A DNA stretch of 64,000 bases from Nitrobacter sp. 62-23 (GTDB lineage Bacteria > Pseudomonadota > Alphaproteobacteria > Rhizobiales > Xanthobacteraceae): the NCBI RefSeq assembly GCF_001897285.1, contig NZ_MKSM01000123.1, forward strand, positions 12,675 to 76,674, given 5' to 3'. The notes under the pieces are model-generated. The model was not told the origin of the DNA. It made no database searches and saw nothing but the letters and a program-made list of their open reading frames with translations. Both the position numbers and the translations under genes were made by a program. How positions within the stretch are numbered: position 1 is the stretch's first letter; the number at the start of each line of letters is the position of its first letter. Positions 39,033 through 51,010 of this stretch are shown one piece after another.

Positions 39033-41482
39033 AATTCACCCTCTCCTGGCTGAAAGAGCATCTCGACACCGACGAGCCGCTGGACAAACTCGCCGACAAG
39101 CTGACCATGATCGGGCTCGAGGTCGAGCACATCGCGGACAAGTCGAAGGCGCTTGCGCCCTACACCGTCGCGCGGGTGGTCTCGGCCGTGCAGCATCCGA
39201 ACGCGGATCGTCTCAGGGTGTGCATGGTCGATACCGGCGAGACCAATGACAAGGGCGAGCCCGCTTATATCCAGGTGGTGTGTGGCGCGCCCAACGCGCG
39301 CGAGGGCCTCGTCAGCGTGTTCGCGCCGCCCGGCACCTACATTCCGGGCAAGGACATCACGCTTGGGGTCGGCACCATTCGCGGCGTCGAGAGCCGCGGC
39401 ATGCTGTGCTCCGCGGCCGAACTCGAAATTTCCGACGACCATGACGGCATTATCGAACTGCCGGCTGACGCGCCGGTCGGCACCGGCTATGCGGAATGGG
39501 CCGGCCTCGGCGATCCCGTCATCGAGATTAACCTGACGCCGAACCGGCAGGACTGCACCGGCGTGCACGGCATCGCGCGCGACCTCGCCGCCGCCGACAT
39601 GGGCAGCCTCAAAAATCCGACCATCAAGCCGGTCAAGGGCGAATTCCCCTGCCCGGTGAAGGTCACGGTTGAAGACGCCGCGCTTTGCCCCGGCTTCGCG
39701 CTGCGGCTGGTTCGCGGGGTGAGGAACGGCCCCTCACCGGAATGGCTGCAAAAGCGCCTGACCTCGATCGGCCTGCGTCCGATCAACGCGCTGGTCGATA
39801 TCACTAACTTCATGACCTACGATCGCGGCCGGCCGTTGCACGTGTTCGACGCGAACAAGGTGCATGGCAATCTCACGGTGCGCCGCGCCCGCGACGGCGA
39901 GACGCTGCTTTCGCTCGACGGCCGCACCTACACGCTCGATCCGGGCGTCTGCGTTATCGCCGACGACAACGGTGTCGAATCGCTCGCCGGCATCATGGGC
40001 GGCGAGGAATCCGGCTGCGACGAGGGCACGACGGATGTGCTGATCGAATCGGCGCTGTGGAGCGAGATCAACATCGCGCAGACCGGCCGCAGGCTCGGCA
40101 TCAATTCCGACGCGCGCTATCGTTTCGAGCGTGGCGTCGATCCCGCTTTCATGGTGCCCGGGCTTGAGATGGCGACGCGGCTGGTGATGGAATTGTGCGG
40201 CGGCACGCCGTCGGAGACGATCGTCGCCGGACAGGCGCTGCCCGAGGACCGGGTGATCGATTTTCCGCTGGCGGAGACCAAACGTCTCGCGGCGATCGAC
40301 GTGCCGCTGCCTGAGATGCGCCGCATTCTCGGCCGTCTCGGCTTCATGGTGGCCGGCAATGGCCCCGTGGTGAAGGTCGCCATTCCAACCTGGCGCACCG
40401 ACGTTCACGGCAAGGCCGACATCGTCGAGGAGATCGTGCGCATCGTCGGCGTCGACAAGGTGCCGATGACGCCGTTCGATCGGGGCGACGCGGCACGCAA
40501 GCCGGTGCTGACGCCGATCCAGTCGCGCACGCGAAAGACGCGGCGTGCGCTCGCGGCGCGCGGCATGGTCGAAGCCGTCAACTGGTCGTTCATCGCGAAA
40601 TCGCAGGCCGAATTGTTCGGCGGCGGGAATGCGGAATTGGCGCTCGCCAATCCGATCGCGGCTGATCTCTCCGACATGCGGCCGAGCCTGCTGCCGGGCC
40701 TCGTCGCCATCGCGCAGGCCAATGCCGACCGCGGCTTTCCGGATGTGGCGCTGTTCGAGGTCGGGCAGATCTTCCGTGGCGACCGTCCACAGGATCAGTT
40801 CACCGCGGCCGCCGGCGTTCGCCGCGGCATCGCCTCGTCGGCAGGCATCGGGCGGCACTGGTCGGGCTCGGCCGCGGCGGGTTCGCTTGATGCCAATACC
40901 TTCGATGTAAAGGCCGATGCGTTCGCGGTGCTGGCCGCAGCCGGCGCGCCTGTGCAGGCGATGCAGGCTGCGGCCAGCAATGAGTCGAAGAATTTTCCGG
41001 CATGGCTGCATCCCGGACGTTCGGCCGCGATCCAGATCGGGCCGCATAACGTGCTCGGCTATTTCGGCGAGTTGCATCCGCGCGTGCTTGAGGCGTTGAG
41101 AGCCGACGGTCCGGTGATGGCGTTCGAGGTGATCCTCGACCGCATTCCGGAAAGCAAGCAGAAGGCGACGCGCGCCAAGCCGGTGCTGGAGCTGCCGGCG
41201 TTTCAGCCGGTGTCGCGCGACTTCGCCTTCATCGTCGATCGCGGCGTGAAAGCCGCCGACATCGCGCGCGCGGCGCAAGGCGTGGACAAAAAACTGATCG
41301 CCGGCGTCACCGTGTTCGACGTCTATGAGGGCAAGGGCATCGAGGCGAACAAGAAATCGGTCGCCATCGCGGTGGCGATCCAGCCGCGTGACAAGACGCT
41401 GACCGATCAGGAGATCGACGCGGTGGCGGCGAAGATCGTCGCCGAGGTCACGAAGAAAACCGGCGGGAGCTTGCGGGGCTAA
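39029..41482 (+). CDS. pheT: Phenylalanine-tRNA ligase beta
   Basis: [45 protein letters not shown]-like C-terminus. Confidence 0.97.
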   Translation: MKFTLSWLKEHLDTDEPLDKLADKLTMIGLEVEHIADKSKALAPYTVARVVSAVQHPNADRLRVCMVDTGETNDKGEPAYIQVVCGAPNAREGLVSVFAPPGTYIPGKDITLGVGTIRGVESRGMLCSAAELEISDDHDGIIELPADAPVGTGYAEWAGLGDPVIEINLTPNRQDCTGVHGIARDLAAADMGSLKNPTIKPVKGEFPCPVKVTVEDAALCPGFALRLVRGVRNGPSPEWLQKRLTSIGLRPINALVDITNFMTYDRGRPLHVFDANKVHGNLTVRRARDGETLLSLDGRTYTLDPGVCVIADDNGVESLAGIMGGEESGCDEGTTDVLIESALWSEINIAQTGRRLGINSDARYRFERGVDPAFMVPGLEMATRLVMELCGGTPSETIVAGQALPEDRVIDFPLAETKRLAAIDVPLPEMRRILGRLGFMVAGNGPVVKVAIPTWRTDVHGKADIVEEIVRIVGVDKVPMTPFDRGDAARKPVLTPIQSRTRKTRRALAARGMVEAVNWSFIAKSQAELFGGGNAELALANPIAADLSDMRPSLLPGLVAIAQANADRGFPDVALFEVGQIFRGDRPQDQFTAAAGVRRGIASSAGIGRHWSGSAAAGSLDANTFDVKADAFAVLAAAGAPVQAMQAAASNESKNFPAWLHPGRSAAIQIGPHNVLGYFGELHPRVLEALRADGPVMAFEVILDRIPESKQKATRAKPVLELPAFQPVSRDFAFIVDRGVKAADIARAAQGVDKKLIAGVTVFDVYEGKGIEANKKSVAIAVAIQPRDKTLTDQEIDAVAAKIVAEVTKKTGGSLRG

Positions 41483-41484
41483 AG

Positions 41485-41773
41485 CTAGAGTCTTTCACCT
41501 TTTCACGGAAACGGTGAAAGACTCCAGGTTCTTGATTTGACCCGTTTTCTTGACGCAACCGGTTTTCTTGACGCAACCGATCGCCACTTCGCCTGAAAAC
41601 GCTCTAGTGGAGTGAATTTGACATTCGCTACCCACTTTGCAGCGAACTTGTCAGGCGAATGTCACATTCAAAACTCCACTAGAAACCTGATAGTTGCTAG
41701 TGGTCCTTTGATTCTAACATCTGCAGGAACTCCCTGCCGCAACGGGATGCAAATGTTAGAATCGGACCACTAG
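41485..41773. mobile_element. Chain of mini-elements joined at CTAG
   Basis: CTAG at 41485, 41604, 41678, 41696, 41770; 18-bp internal tandem duplication 41544-41579; last CTAG holds the secB stop. Confidence 0.8.
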
Positions 41774-42258
41774 CTCGGCTTTTGTTGCGCTGCTTCCTGC
41801 GCTGCCTGGCGTTCCATGTTTTGCCGGTACAAGCTCACGAAATCGATGGGGTCAAGCATCAGCGGTGGGAATCCGCCGTCGCGGACGACCGTCGCAACGA
41901 TTTGGCGCGCGAACGGGAATAACAGCCGCGGGCATTCGATCATGACCAGCGGATGCAGGTTTTCCTTGGGAACGTTGACGATCCGGAACACCCCGGCATA
42001 GGCCAGCTCGAAACCGAACATCAGCTTGCCGGTATGTTCGGCCTTGCCCTCGACCTTCAGAACCACCTCGTAGTCGTTCTCCGCGACATTGGAGGCGCCG
42101 ACATTGATTTGAACGTTAATCGAGGGGGGCTGTTGCTGCGGGGCAAGCGAGGCAGGCGCATTGGGATTCTCGAAAGAGAGATCCTTGGTGTATTGGGCCA
42201 GCACATTCAACTGGGGTGAAGGGCCCGCCTCTGGAGGTGTGCCGTTGCCGTTGGTCAT
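41770..42258 (-). CDS. secB: Protein-export chaperone SecB
   Basis: [45 protein letters not shown]. Confidence 0.96.
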   Translation of the reverse strand: MTNGNGTPPEAGPSPQLNVLAQYTKDLSFENPNAPASLAPQQQPPSINVQINVGASNVAENDYEVVLKVEGKAEHTGKLMFGFELAYAGVFRIVNVPKENLHPLVMIECPRLLFPFARQIVATVVRDGGFPPLMLDPIDFVSLYRQNMERQAAQEAAQQKPS

Positions 42259-42601
42259 TGGATTTCTCTCCTGAAACATTCAAGCGAAGCCGGGGAATGA
42301 TTGGCTTGCTTGAAGGGGCAAATTGCCGCGCCGCCGCGAGTGGCTATCACAAGCCTGCCGCTGTCCACAAGGACAGTGGGACCATTGAGAGGGGGGCTTT
42401 GGCTGAGGTTGCTCGTCGCATTTAGCCTAGAGCTTTCGAAAAACCGCCGCAGGTTGCATAGTCTGGCGGCTTAAACTGTTGAAGGAACGCGTTTTCTTCC
42501 CGCATTCCGATTTCCCCTTTGATCGGAAACGCGCTATTATTCCTCAAAGCTGCAGTTGAGGAGACAACTCCCTGATCCGGTTCGTTATGCTAAAACGCGG
42601 C

Positions 42602-42630
42602 CTTGGCCGGACCGGAGATCATACCTACAT
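42602..42630 (+). promoter_or_regulatory. RpoH (sigma32)-type promoter upstream of tim44
   Basis: CTTGGC-N16-CCTACAT versus alphaproteobacterial CTTGAA-N16-CCTATAT. Confidence 0.5.
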
Positions 42631-42718
42631 TATTGACGCCGTCTGATGCGAACCGGTGACCCTCGCGGGACGTTCGTTCACCGGACGAGAACCAGACCGA
42701 TCAGAAAGTGAAGACGAC

Positions 42719-43423
42719 GTGGATATTTACACCATCATTTTTCTGGCGCTAGCGGTTTTTATCTTCCTGCGGCTGCGCAGCGTCCTGGGCCAGCGCACGG
42801 GAAGTGAGCGTCCGCCTTACGATCGTGCGACGCGCGAGGTCCTGCATGGCACGCAGGACAATAATGTGGTCCCGATACCGGGCGCCGTGATCGATCAGCC
42901 CCCGTCGGAGCCCACGGCCGACGTGACGTCTGCCTCCGAGCGCTGGAAAAATCTGACCGAGCCCGGAACGCCGCTCGCTCACGGGCTCGACGCCATCGCG
43001 GCGCAGGATTCGTCCTTCGATCCGAAGCATTTCCTCAACGGCGCGCGCAGCGCTTATGAGATGATCGTGCTGGCATTCGCCAACGGCGATCGTCGGACCT
43101 TGAAGGACTTGCTGTCAGCGGATGTCTATGACAGCTTCGATGCCGCCATCAAGGATCGGGAAAAACTCGAACAGCAGACGGAAACGCGATTTGTCTCGAT
43201 CGACAAGGTCGAGCTGATTGGCGCGGAGCTACGCGAAGGCGCGGAGCAACTGACGGTCCGCTTCATTTCGCAGATGATTTCGATCACCCGCGACAAGACC
43301 GGAGCAATTGTCGACGGAAACCCTGAGAAGATTTCCGACATCACCGATGTTTGGACGTTTGCCCGCGATATCGCATCGCGTGATCCGAACTGGAAACTGG
43401 TTGGCACCGGAAGCGCCAGCTAA
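42719..43423 (+). CDS. Tim44/TimA-like protein
   Basis: N-terminal TM then RLRSVLGQRTG, FLNGARSAYEMIV, DVWTFARD, NWKLV. Confidence 0.9.
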   Translation: MDIYTIIFLALAVFIFLRLRSVLGQRTGSERPPYDRATREVLHGTQDNNVVPIPGAVIDQPPSEPTADVTSASERWKNLTEPGTPLAHGLDAIAAQDSSFDPKHFLNGARSAYEMIVLAFANGDRRTLKDLLSADVYDSFDAAIKDREKLEQQTETRFVSIDKVELIGAELREGAEQLTVRFISQMISITRDKTGAIVDGNPEKISDITDVWTFARDIASRDPNWKLVGTGSAS

Positions 43424-44912
43424 TCTTTACCGATTTAAAAGGTGCGCCGCCGGATTTTGCGTCGCCGCCGCGCTCATGCCTGTCGCGCTCGAAGCCCGGC
43501 ATGCCCCTCGTCATCCGGTCTGGCCGTTCGAGATCGCGGGCGGTCAATATCTGCCGGTGGCATGGGCCGATATCGCCGGCTGGAAAGACGATGATCACCT
43601 TGAAGCATTCAGGGCGTTTCGCAGGAGCTGCCGTGCGATAACCGCGAGGCAGCCTCCGGCCGCCAGCCCGAAAGCACTGGGCGCGTCATTGCGGGAGCCG
43701 TGTCGTGCCGCCAAGGTTATCGACAATCCGGACGGCGCCAGGGCACGCGCCTTCTTCGAAACCCATTTCCGGCCGGTGCAAATTTCGCGTCTCGGCGAAG
43801 CCGACGGCTTCGTCACCGGCTATTATGAGCCGATCATCGATGGATCACGCACCAGGACCGATGTCTATAGCGTGCCGGTTTACCGGCGTCCCTCGAACCT
43901 CTTCGTCCGGGGATTCACGCAAAGCTCACCGAGCCTGCCGAACAGCGGACCTGTCTATCGCAAGATCGGCAGGCGAAAACTCGTCCCCTATTATGATCGC
44001 GCGGAGATCGAAGATGGCGCGATTGCGGGCCGCGGCCTTGAGATCTGCTGGCTCAAGAGCCAGACCGATCTGCTCTTTACGCAAATCCAGGGGTCCGCGC
44101 GCGTCCGGCTCGAGGATGGCTCGACGCTGCGCATCAACTATGATTCCTATAATGGATATCCCTATACTGCCGTCGGCCGTATCCTGATCGAGCGCAACAT
44201 CATCCCGAAGGACCAGATGTCGATGCAGCGCATCAGGCAGTGGATGACTGAAAATCCGGATGGCGCCAGCGAGTTGCGCCGCCAAAACCGTTCATATGTT
44301 TTCTTCCGCGAGGTGAAGCTCTCGGACAACGACGAGGCGGTCGGGGCGCAGGGCGTACCGCTGGCGCCCGGCCGTTCGATCGCGGTCGATAAATCGCTGC
44401 ACGTCTATGGCACCCCTTTCTTTATCGAAGGGGAATTGCCGATCGAATCGGAACAGGCGAAAACCCCGTTCCATCGGCTGATGATCGCGCAGGATACCGG
44501 CTCGGCAATCGTCGGCCCGGCTCGCGCCGACCTCTATTTCGGCGCAGGTTCGGAAGCAGGCCGCATCTCTGGCCGCCTGCGCCACAATATGCATTTCGTA
44601 ATGCTCGTCCCCAACAGCCTCGATCCCGCGGTGAGCGGCAGAACCATGCCGCTTCCGGAAAAAAGGCCCTCGGCGAGGATCGCAAAGCTGTTTCCGCCGA
44701 AGCATCAGAAGTCGGACGACGGCCACAAGGCCGCCCCGCAACGGGCCGTATCCTCATCCGTGGCTCCCGCCGGCAAGCCGGCTGGGACCGCTGCCGCGCC
44801 GGCGAGAGCCGAGTCCTCAGGAACCGCTTCGTCTCCGGTGATACAACCCGACAAGTCCGCTCGTCATCCGCGGCGTCATCACCGCCGGCGCTGGCGCAGC
44901 CCGACACGATGA
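43401..44912 (+). CDS. mltA: MltA lytic murein transglycosylase (start uncertain)
   Basis: VTGYYEP, QIQGS, NRSYVFF, SIAVD, AQDTGSAIVG..RADLYFG. Confidence 0.88.
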   Translation: MAPEAPANLYRFKRCAAGFCVAAALMPVALEARHAPRHPVWPFEIAGGQYLPVAWADIAGWKDDDHLEAFRAFRRSCRAITARQPPAASPKALGASLREPCRAAKVIDNPDGARARAFFETHFRPVQISRLGEADGFVTGYYEPIIDGSRTRTDVYSVPVYRRPSNLFVRGFTQSSPSLPNSGPVYRKIGRRKLVPYYDRAEIEDGAIAGRGLEICWLKSQTDLLFTQIQGSARVRLEDGSTLRINYDSYNGYPYTAVGRILIERNIIPKDQMSMQRIRQWMTENPDGASELRRQNRSYVFFREVKLSDNDEAVGAQGVPLAPGRSIAVDKSLHVYGTPFFIEGELPIESEQAKTPFHRLMIAQDTGSAIVGPARADLYFGAGSEAGRISGRLRHNMHFVMLVPNSLDPAVSGRTMPLPEKRPSARIAKLFPPKHQKSDDGHKAAPQRAVSSSVAPAGKPAGTAAAPARAESSGTASSPVIQPDKSARHPRRHHRRRWRSPTR

Positions 44913-45493
44913 AGCGCTCGTCGCCGGACACCTTCGCGAGACTGCGTCGCCAGCGCGTTCTTACAGATGATGAACGTCAGTTGTGGGAAAGCGTCGCCGG
45001 CCAGGCCAAACCGTTGCGCAAATGCTCCCGGTCAACGGCAGCTTCCGTGGCGTTGCGCGAGGCAGCAGGCCTCGCGGTGCCGTCCGCTCCAGCGCCAAAG
45101 CCGACGTCGCCCGACGTCGCCAAAGTCAGAAGGACAAAAGCTCCGCCGCCCGTATCGCTCACCCGACGCGAGCGATCGCAACTGTCGCGGGGACGCAAAG
45201 ACATCGACGCCCGGATCGATTTGCATGGCATGACGCAGACGCGGGCGCATCGCGTCCTGCTGCGTTTTCTGCAGAACGCCTCAAGCGATGGTCTGACCTT
45301 CGTGCTTGTCATCACCGGCAAGGGCCGGGCGGCCGATCCGGATTCCGGACGCGGCGTGCTTCGGCGGCAGGTCCCGCAGTGGCTCGCGCTGCCCGAATTC
45401 CGCTCGCTGGTCGCCGGCTTCGACGAGGCGCATGTCGGCCATGGCGGCGAGGGTGCGCTTTACGTCCGCTTGCGGCGCGCGCGGGGTTTTTAG
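44909..45493 (+). CDS. Smr/MutS2 family protein
   Basis: IDARIDLHGMTQ, LVITGKG, HGGEGALYVRL. Confidence 0.92.
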   Translation: MKRSSPDTFARLRRQRVLTDDERQLWESVAGQAKPLRKCSRSTAASVALREAAGLAVPSAPAPKPTSPDVAKVRRTKAPPPVSLTRRERSQLSRGRKDIDARIDLHGMTQTRAHRVLLRFLQNASSDGLTFVLVITGKGRAADPDSGRGVLRRQVPQWLALPEFRSLVAGFDEAHVGHGGEGALYVRLRRARGF

Positions 45494-45582
45494 AGCATCG
45501 GAAACCGGCTTTCGGATAAGATCATGCTCGATCAAAAAGATATGGCTAGAGTCTGGTTCACCGCAGTTGAATCAGAATCTAG
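45491..45582. mobile_element. Mini-element supplying both smr and hslU stops
   Basis: tagagcat...gatcatgctc module + ctagagtctg...cagaatctag module; TAG 45491-93 and cta 45579-81. Confidence 0.75.
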
Positions 45583-46880
45583 AGAATGAATCTGCTCAGA
45601 TCGGCATTCTTCGCCAGATCGCCGACGTGTTTCTGAACATATGCGGCGTCGATGCGGACCGTCTCTCCATTTCGATCGGGCGCCGAGAACGAAACATCGT
45701 CGAGCACCCGCTCCATCACCGTCTGCAGTCGTCGCGCACCGATATTCTCGACGGTGGAATTCACCGCGACTGCGATATCCGCAAGCGCATCGATGGCGTC
45801 GTCGGAGAAGTCGAGCGTGACGCCTTCGGTCTGCATCAACGCGACATACTGCTTGATGAGCGAGGCCTCCGGTTCGGTCAGGATGCGCCGCATGTCATCG
45901 CGTGTCAGAGCATCCAGTTCGACGCGGATCGGCAGCCGGCCCTGCAATTCGGGCAGCAGGTCCGACGGCTTGGCGATGTGAAACGCGCCCGAGGCGATGA
46001 ACAGGATGTGGTCGGTCTTGACCGCGCCGTGCTTGGTGGAGACCGTCGTTCCCTCGATCAGCGGCAGCAGGTCGCGCTGCACGCCTTCGCGCGACACGTC
46101 TCCGCCGCTGCGGCCGTCACGCACGCAGATCTTGTCGATCTCGTCGAGAAATACGATGCCGTTGTTCTCGACGGCGGCGACCGCCTCCTGCGTGAGCTGA
46201 TCGGTATCGAGCAGCTTGTCGGATTCCTCGTTGACCAGGATTTCATGGGAATCTTCCACGCTCAGTCGGCGGGTCTTGGTTCGTCCGCCCATCTTGCCGA
46301 AGATATCGCCGATCGAGATCGCGCCGACCTGCGCACCGGGCATCCCCGGGATCTCGAACATCGGCGCTCCGCCGGAGGATTGGGTCTCGATCTCGATTTC
46401 CTTGTCGTTGAGTTCGCCAGCCCGCAACTTCTTGCGAAAGGAATCGCGCGTAGCGGCGCTGGAGTTCGCTCCCACCAGCGCATCGAGCACGCGTTCCTCC
46501 GCGGCGAGCTGCGCGCGCGCCTGAACGTCCTTGCGCTTGCGCTCGCGGGTCTGGTTGATCGCGACCTCCACAAGATCGCGAACGATCTGTTCGACGTCGC
46601 GCCCGACATATCCGACTTCGGTGAACTTCGTCGCCTCGACCTTGAGGAACGGTGCGTTCGCCAGCTTGGCCAGCCGCCGCGCGATCTCGGTCTTGCCGAC
46701 GCCGGTCGGCCCGATCATCAGGATGTTTTTCGGCAGCACTTCCTCGCGCAGCGGTCCGGTCAACTGCTGGCGCCGCCAACGATTGCGCAAGGCGATGGAG
46801 ACGGCGCGCTTGGCGTCGGTCTGGCCGACGATGAAACGATCGAGTTCGGAAACGATTTCGCGAGGAGAGAAGTGCATCAT
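45579..46880 (-). CDS. hslU: HslU ATPase subunit
   Basis: [52 protein letters not shown]. Confidence 0.97.
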   Translation of the reverse strand: MMHFSPREIVSELDRFIVGQTDAKRAVSIALRNRWRRQQLTGPLREEVLPKNILMIGPTGVGKTEIARRLAKLANAPFLKVEATKFTEVGYVGRDVEQIVRDLVEVAINQTRERKRKDVQARAQLAAEERVLDALVGANSSAATRDSFRKKLRAGELNDKEIEIETQSSGGAPMFEIPGMPGAQVGAISIGDIFGKMGGRTKTRRLSVEDSHEILVNEESDKLLDTDQLTQEAVAAVENNGIVFLDEIDKICVRDGRSGGDVSREGVQRDLLPLIEGTTVSTKHGAVKTDHILFIASGAFHIAKPSDLLPELQGRLPIRVELDALTRDDMRRILTEPEASLIKQYVALMQTEGVTLDFSDDAIDALADIAVAVNSTVENIGARRLQTVMERVLDDVSFSAPDRNGETVRIDAAYVQKHVGDLAKNADLSRFIL

Positions 46881-46919
46881 GATCTCGAAGATATGGTGAA
46901 ACGTTGCGGTAACAAGCGG

Positions 46920-47525
46920 TCAGATGATGGGCGGTCCGGACTGCCAGTGCCGGATGGCTTCGAACGGGTGGATCAGCATGATGACGTTGAGCGTCAGGTT
47001 GTCACGGATATGCAGTCCGACCAGCACTTCAAGCAGAATCGCCAGAACGATCGTCAAGGCAATCGGAAGTTTGTGCGCGAGCACGAATCCCGCGATCATG
47101 GCGAGTGTATCGGACAGCGAATTGACGATGCTGTCGCCATAGTAGTCCAGGGAAATGGTCGCTGCGCGATAGCGATCGATGATCCAGGGCGAGTTCTCCA
47201 CGATCTCCCATGCGCCCTCGATGGTGATCGCGATCAGAAGGCGGGTGATCCAGGTGGCGCGAGGCAGGACCAGCCAGGTCGCGCCGTAAAACAGAAATCC
47301 ATGGATGATGTGGGAGAAGGTGTACCAGTCGGTGAGGTGCTGCGAATTCTCGGAGCTTTGCACCACGCCATGCCAGAACTTGACGTAGCCGCAGGCGCAG
47401 ATCGGGACCCGCCCCATGGCATAAAGGATCGCGGCCTGCGTGATCAGCAGGCCGAGGGCGATCAATGCGCCATTGGGCACGGAGAGACCGCGCGACGGAT
47501 GAACGGACTCAGTATGAACGGGCAT
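46920..47525 (-). CDS. DUF2585 family membrane protein
   Basis: [39 protein letters not shown]. Confidence 0.85.
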   Translation of the reverse strand: MPVHTESVHPSRGLSVPNGALIALGLLITQAAILYAMGRVPICACGYVKFWHGVVQSSENSQHLTDWYTFSHIIHGFLFYGATWLVLPRATWITRLLIAITIEGAWEIVENSPWIIDRYRAATISLDYYGDSIVNSLSDTLAMIAGFVLAHKLPIALTIVLAILLEVLVGLHIRDNLTLNVIMLIHPFEAIRHWQSGPPII

Positions 47526-47529
47526 AAGG

Positions 47530-48084
47530 TCAGCCCGCCGCCAGCGTCTCGATCGTGACGTTTCGGTTGGTATAAACGCAGATGTCGGCGGCGATATCGA
47601 GCGAACGGCGGACGATGGCTTCCGCGTCCTTGTCGGAGTCGATCAACGCCCGCGCGGCGGACAGCGCATAATTGCCGCCGGAGCCGATCGCCATCACGCC
47701 GGCTTCCGGCTCCAGAACGTCGCCGGTGCCGGTCAGGACCAGCGACACATCCTTGTCGGCGACGAGCATCATGGCTTCGAGCCGCCGCAGATAACGGTCG
47801 GTGCGCCAGTCCTTGGCGAGTTCGACCGCGGCGCGGGTGAGCTGACCGGGGTATTGCTCGAGCTTGCTCTCCAGCCGCTCGAACAGCGTGAAAGCGTCGG
47901 CGGTGGCGCCGGCGAACCCGCCGATCACATCGCCCTTGCCAAGTTTCCGGACCTTCTTCGCATTGGACTTGATGACAGTCTGTCCGATCGAGACCTGGCC
48001 GTCTCCGCCAATAACGACCTTGCCGCCCTTGCGGACGGTCAGGATCGTGGTGCCGTGCCACACCTGCGGCTGTGATGCTTGCAT
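47530..48084 (-). CDS. hslV: HslV protease subunit
   Basis: [32 protein letters not shown]. Confidence 0.97.
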   Translation of the reverse strand: MQASQPQVWHGTTILTVRKGGKVVIGGDGQVSIGQTVIKSNAKKVRKLGKGDVIGGFAGATADAFTLFERLESKLEQYPGQLTRAAVELAKDWRTDRYLRRLEAMMLVADKDVSLVLTGTGDVLEPEAGVMAIGSGGNYALSAARALIDSDKDAEAIVRRSLDIAADICVYTNRNVTIETLAAG

Positions 48085-48108
48085 CTGAACCCCTTCGTGA
48101 TCCGCCAG

Positions 48109-48137
48109 ATTTAGGCATTACGACGGGACGTTGCAAT
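48109..48137 (-). promoter_or_regulatory. RpoH (sigma32)-type promoter of hslV
   Basis: Minus strand ATTGCA-N16-CCTAAAT; the gene is a classical heat-shock target. Confidence 0.6.
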
Positions 48138-48158
48138 CGGCGTTCGAAGTCGCGGATT

Positions 48159-48327
48159 CTGGTGGTCCGGTTCTAACATTCGCATCCCGTTTCCGCAGTT
48201 ATTTTTGCGAATGTCAGAATCGCAGGACCACCAGCAACTATAAGTTTCCAGTGGAGTTTTGGATTTGACATTCATATCCCGGCATCCGCGGCAGATGGGT
48301 AGTGAATGTTCAAATCCCCTCCGCTAG
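48159..48327. mobile_element. Two-hairpin mini-element, inverted homologue of 41604-41773
   Basis: ctggtggtcc...ttctaacatt.gcatcccgtt...ggaccaccag caactata.gttt ccagtggag...tttgacattc...gaatgt..aaat..ctccgctag. Confidence 0.8.
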
Positions 48328-48471
48328 TCACCATGGCGCGAAGAACCCCGGCAAAAGGCGTCGTCTCGCGGTAGCGAAGAGAGCATGAGCCTGTTAAAAG
48401 GGCCCCGTTGAGGACCCGCATGATCCGGGCGCCCGTTTGGCGGATCATGCGCGACGCGGAGAGCCCGATTC

Positions 48472-49065
48472 ATGCGCACGGCGACCATCAAGCGCAAAAC
48501 CAAGGAAACCGACATCGAGGTTGCGGTGAACCTCGACGGCTCCGGCGTGTCCCAGGTTGCGACCGGCATCGGCTTTTTCGACCATATGCTGGACCTGCTC
48601 GCCCGCCACTCGCGCATCGACATCACCGTCAAGGCCGACGGCGACCTCCACGTCGATCATCACCACACCACCGAAGATGTCGGCATCGCGCTGGGGCAGG
48701 CGGTGAAGCAGGCGCTCGGCACCATGGCCGGCATCACCCGCTATGCTGGTGTTCATATGCCCATGGACGAGACGCTGTCGCGTGTCGTGATCGACATTTC
48801 GGGCCGTCCGATGCTGGTCTTCAGGGTCGAGTTTCCGCGCGACAAAATAGGCGAATTCGACACCGAGCTGGTGCGCGAATGGTTCAATGCCTTTGCGGTC
48901 AATGCGGGCGTGACTTTGCACGTTGAAACCCTATATGGCGAGAACAGCCATCATATCGCCGAATCCTGCTTCAAGGGTCTGGCGCGGGCGCTTCGCGCGG
49001 CGGTGGCGATCGATCCGCGCGCCGCGGGCGAGGTGCCGTCAACAAAGGGCCAGCTCGGCGGCTGA
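48472..49065 (+). CDS. hisB: Imidazoleglycerol-phosphate dehydratase
   Basis: [33 protein letters not shown]. Confidence 0.97.
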   Translation: MRTATIKRKTKETDIEVAVNLDGSGVSQVATGIGFFDHMLDLLARHSRIDITVKADGDLHVDHHHTTEDVGIALGQAVKQALGTMAGITRYAGVHMPMDETLSRVVIDISGRPMLVFRVEFPRDKIGEFDTELVREWFNAFAVNAGVTLHVETLYGENSHHIAESCFKGLARALRAAVAIDPRAAGEVPSTKGQLGG

Positions 49066-49092
49066 TCGCCCTGTCGTCGACGGAGAGTGCAA

Positions 49093-49611
49093 ATGCCGGT
49101 CTATACAGTCCATGCGCCGCCTGCCGAAGGTACGGACGTGCGCGGCGCCCCGGACCGATTCGTGTTCGTACGCGATGGTTTTTCGTTCTGGGCCTTCGTA
49201 TTCGGTCCGTTGTGGTTGCTTTATCAACGGCTCTGGCTGGCGTTCGCCGGATATATGGTGCTGTCGATCGCGCTCGAAGTCGTGATGACGCTGCTGCGCG
49301 TCAGTGGCGGGACACGCCTGACGGTGATGGTGGTCATTGCCGTGCTGATGGGACTGGAAGCGGCGAGCTTGCGTCGCTGGACGCTGTCGCGGCGCAAATG
49401 GCGCCAGCTTGATGTCGTTGTCGCGGACGACCGCGAAGCGGCCGAGCGGCGTTTTTTCGACCGCTGGACGACGATGCGGGGAACAGAGTTCGATCCGTTG
49501 GCTGTCGATCGTGGGGCGCCGCCGCCGACTCGTAGCGTTCCGGAGCAGCCGTTCGCGCCGCCGCGCGGCGACATTGTCGGCCTGTTTCCGCAACCCGGGA
49601 TGCCGCGGTGA
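49093..49611 (+). CDS. DUF2628 family membrane protein
   Basis: [26 protein letters not shown]; typical position between hisB and hisH. Confidence 0.8.
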   Translation: MPVYTVHAPPAEGTDVRGAPDRFVFVRDGFSFWAFVFGPLWLLYQRLWLAFAGYMVLSIALEVVMTLLRVSGGTRLTVMVVIAVLMGLEAASLRRWTLSRRKWRQLDVVVADDREAAERRFFDRWTTMRGTEFDPLAVDRGAPPPTRSVPEQPFAPPRGDIVGLFPQPGMPR

Positions 49612-50258
49612 CGGCTGCGATCATCGACTATGGCTCCGGCAATCTTCATTCGGCCGCCAAAGCGTTCGAATGCGCGGCGCGCGGGATCGAAGGTCTGCAA
49701 AAGATCGTGGTGACGCGCGATCCGGACGTGGTGTTCCGGGCCGACCGCGTGGTGCTGCCCGGTGTCGGCGCGTTCGCCGATTGCCGCAAGGGACTCGATG
49801 CGCTCGACGGCATGGTCCAGGCCCTGACCGAGGTGGTGCGCGACAAGGCGCGCCCGTTCCTGGGCATTTGCGTCGGGATGCAACTGATGGCGACACGCGG
49901 CAAGGAGCACGTCACGACCGATGGCCTGAACTGGATTGCGGGCGACGTCGAAAAGATTTCGCCGCGCGACGAGAGCCTGAAGATTCCGCATATGGGCTGG
50001 AATACCCTCGATCCGGTGCGCGAGCATCCGGTGCTCGATCGCCTGCCGCTGGGACCGAAAGGCCGTCACGCCTATTTCGTGCATTCCTATCACCTGAACG
50101 CGGTCAACGAGACCGATGTGCTGGCGCGCGCCGACTACGGCGGCCCGGTGACGGCGATCGTCGGCAGGGACACCGCGATCGGCACACAGTTTCATCCCGA
50201 AAAGAGCCAGCGGTTCGGGCTCGCGCTGATTTCGAACTTTCTGAAGTGGAAACCGTGA
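49608..50258 (+). CDS. hisH: IGP synthase glutaminase subunit
   Basis: [35 protein letters not shown]. Confidence 0.97.
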   Translation: MTAAIIDYGSGNLHSAAKAFECAARGIEGLQKIVVTRDPDVVFRADRVVLPGVGAFADCRKGLDALDGMVQALTEVVRDKARPFLGICVGMQLMATRGKEHVTTDGLNWIAGDVEKISPRDESLKIPHMGWNTLDPVREHPVLDRLPLGPKGRHAYFVHSYHLNAVNETDVLARADYGGPVTAIVGRDTAIGTQFHPEKSQRFGLALISNFLKWKP

Positions 50259-50995
50259 TTCTTTTTCCCGCCATCGATCTGAAGAACGGCCAATGCGTTC
50301 GCCTGGAGCAGGGCGACATGGCGCGCGCCACCGTGTTCAATCTCGATCCAGCCGAGCAGGCGCGCACCTTCGCCGCGCAAGGCTTCGAATATCTGCACGT
50401 GGTCGATCTCGACGGCGCCTTTGCCGGCAAGCCCGTGAATGCAGATGCGGTGGAGCGGATGCTGAAGGCCGTGGCCATGCCGGTCCAACTCGGCGGCGGC
50501 ATCCGGGACCTGAAGACGATCGAGGCGTGGCTCGGCAAGGGCATCGCGCGCGTCATCATCGGCACCGCCGCGGTGCGCGATCCGGTTCTGGTCAAGCAGG
50601 CCGCGAAGTCATTTCCGGGGCGCGTCGCGGTCGGTCTCGATGCGCGCGATGGCAAGGTTGCCGTCGAAGGCTGGGCGGAAACCTCGGAGGTGACCGCGCT
50701 TGATATCGCGCGGCGGTTCGAGGACGCGGGCATCGCGGCGATCATCTTTACCGATATCGCCCGCGACGGCCTGCTGAAGGGTCTCAACCTCGAAGCCACC
50801 ATCGCGCTCGCCGAGAGCATTTCAATTCCGGTGATTGCGTCCGGCGGCTTCGCCTCCATCGCGGATGTGGAGGCATTGCTCACGCCGCGCGCGAGGAAGC
50901 TCGCGGGCGCGATCGCCGGACGCGCGCTCTATGACGGCCGGCTTGATCCGACTGAGGCGCTGGCGCTGATCCGCGCCGCGCGCGCGGCGGCCTGA
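50255..50995 (+). CDS. hisA: ProFAR isomerase
   Basis: GTG start overlapping hisH stop; [30 protein letters not shown]. Confidence 0.95.
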   Translation: MILFPAIDLKNGQCVRLEQGDMARATVFNLDPAEQARTFAAQGFEYLHVVDLDGAFAGKPVNADAVERMLKAVAMPVQLGGGIRDLKTIEAWLGKGIARVIIGTAAVRDPVLVKQAAKSFPGRVAVGLDARDGKVAVEGWAETSEVTALDIARRFEDAGIAAIIFTDIARDGLLKGLNLEATIALAESISIPVIASGGFASIADVEALLTPRARKLAGAIAGRALYDGRLDPTEALALIRAARAAA

Positions 50996-51010
50996 GAGTA
51001 TTTGCGCGCG

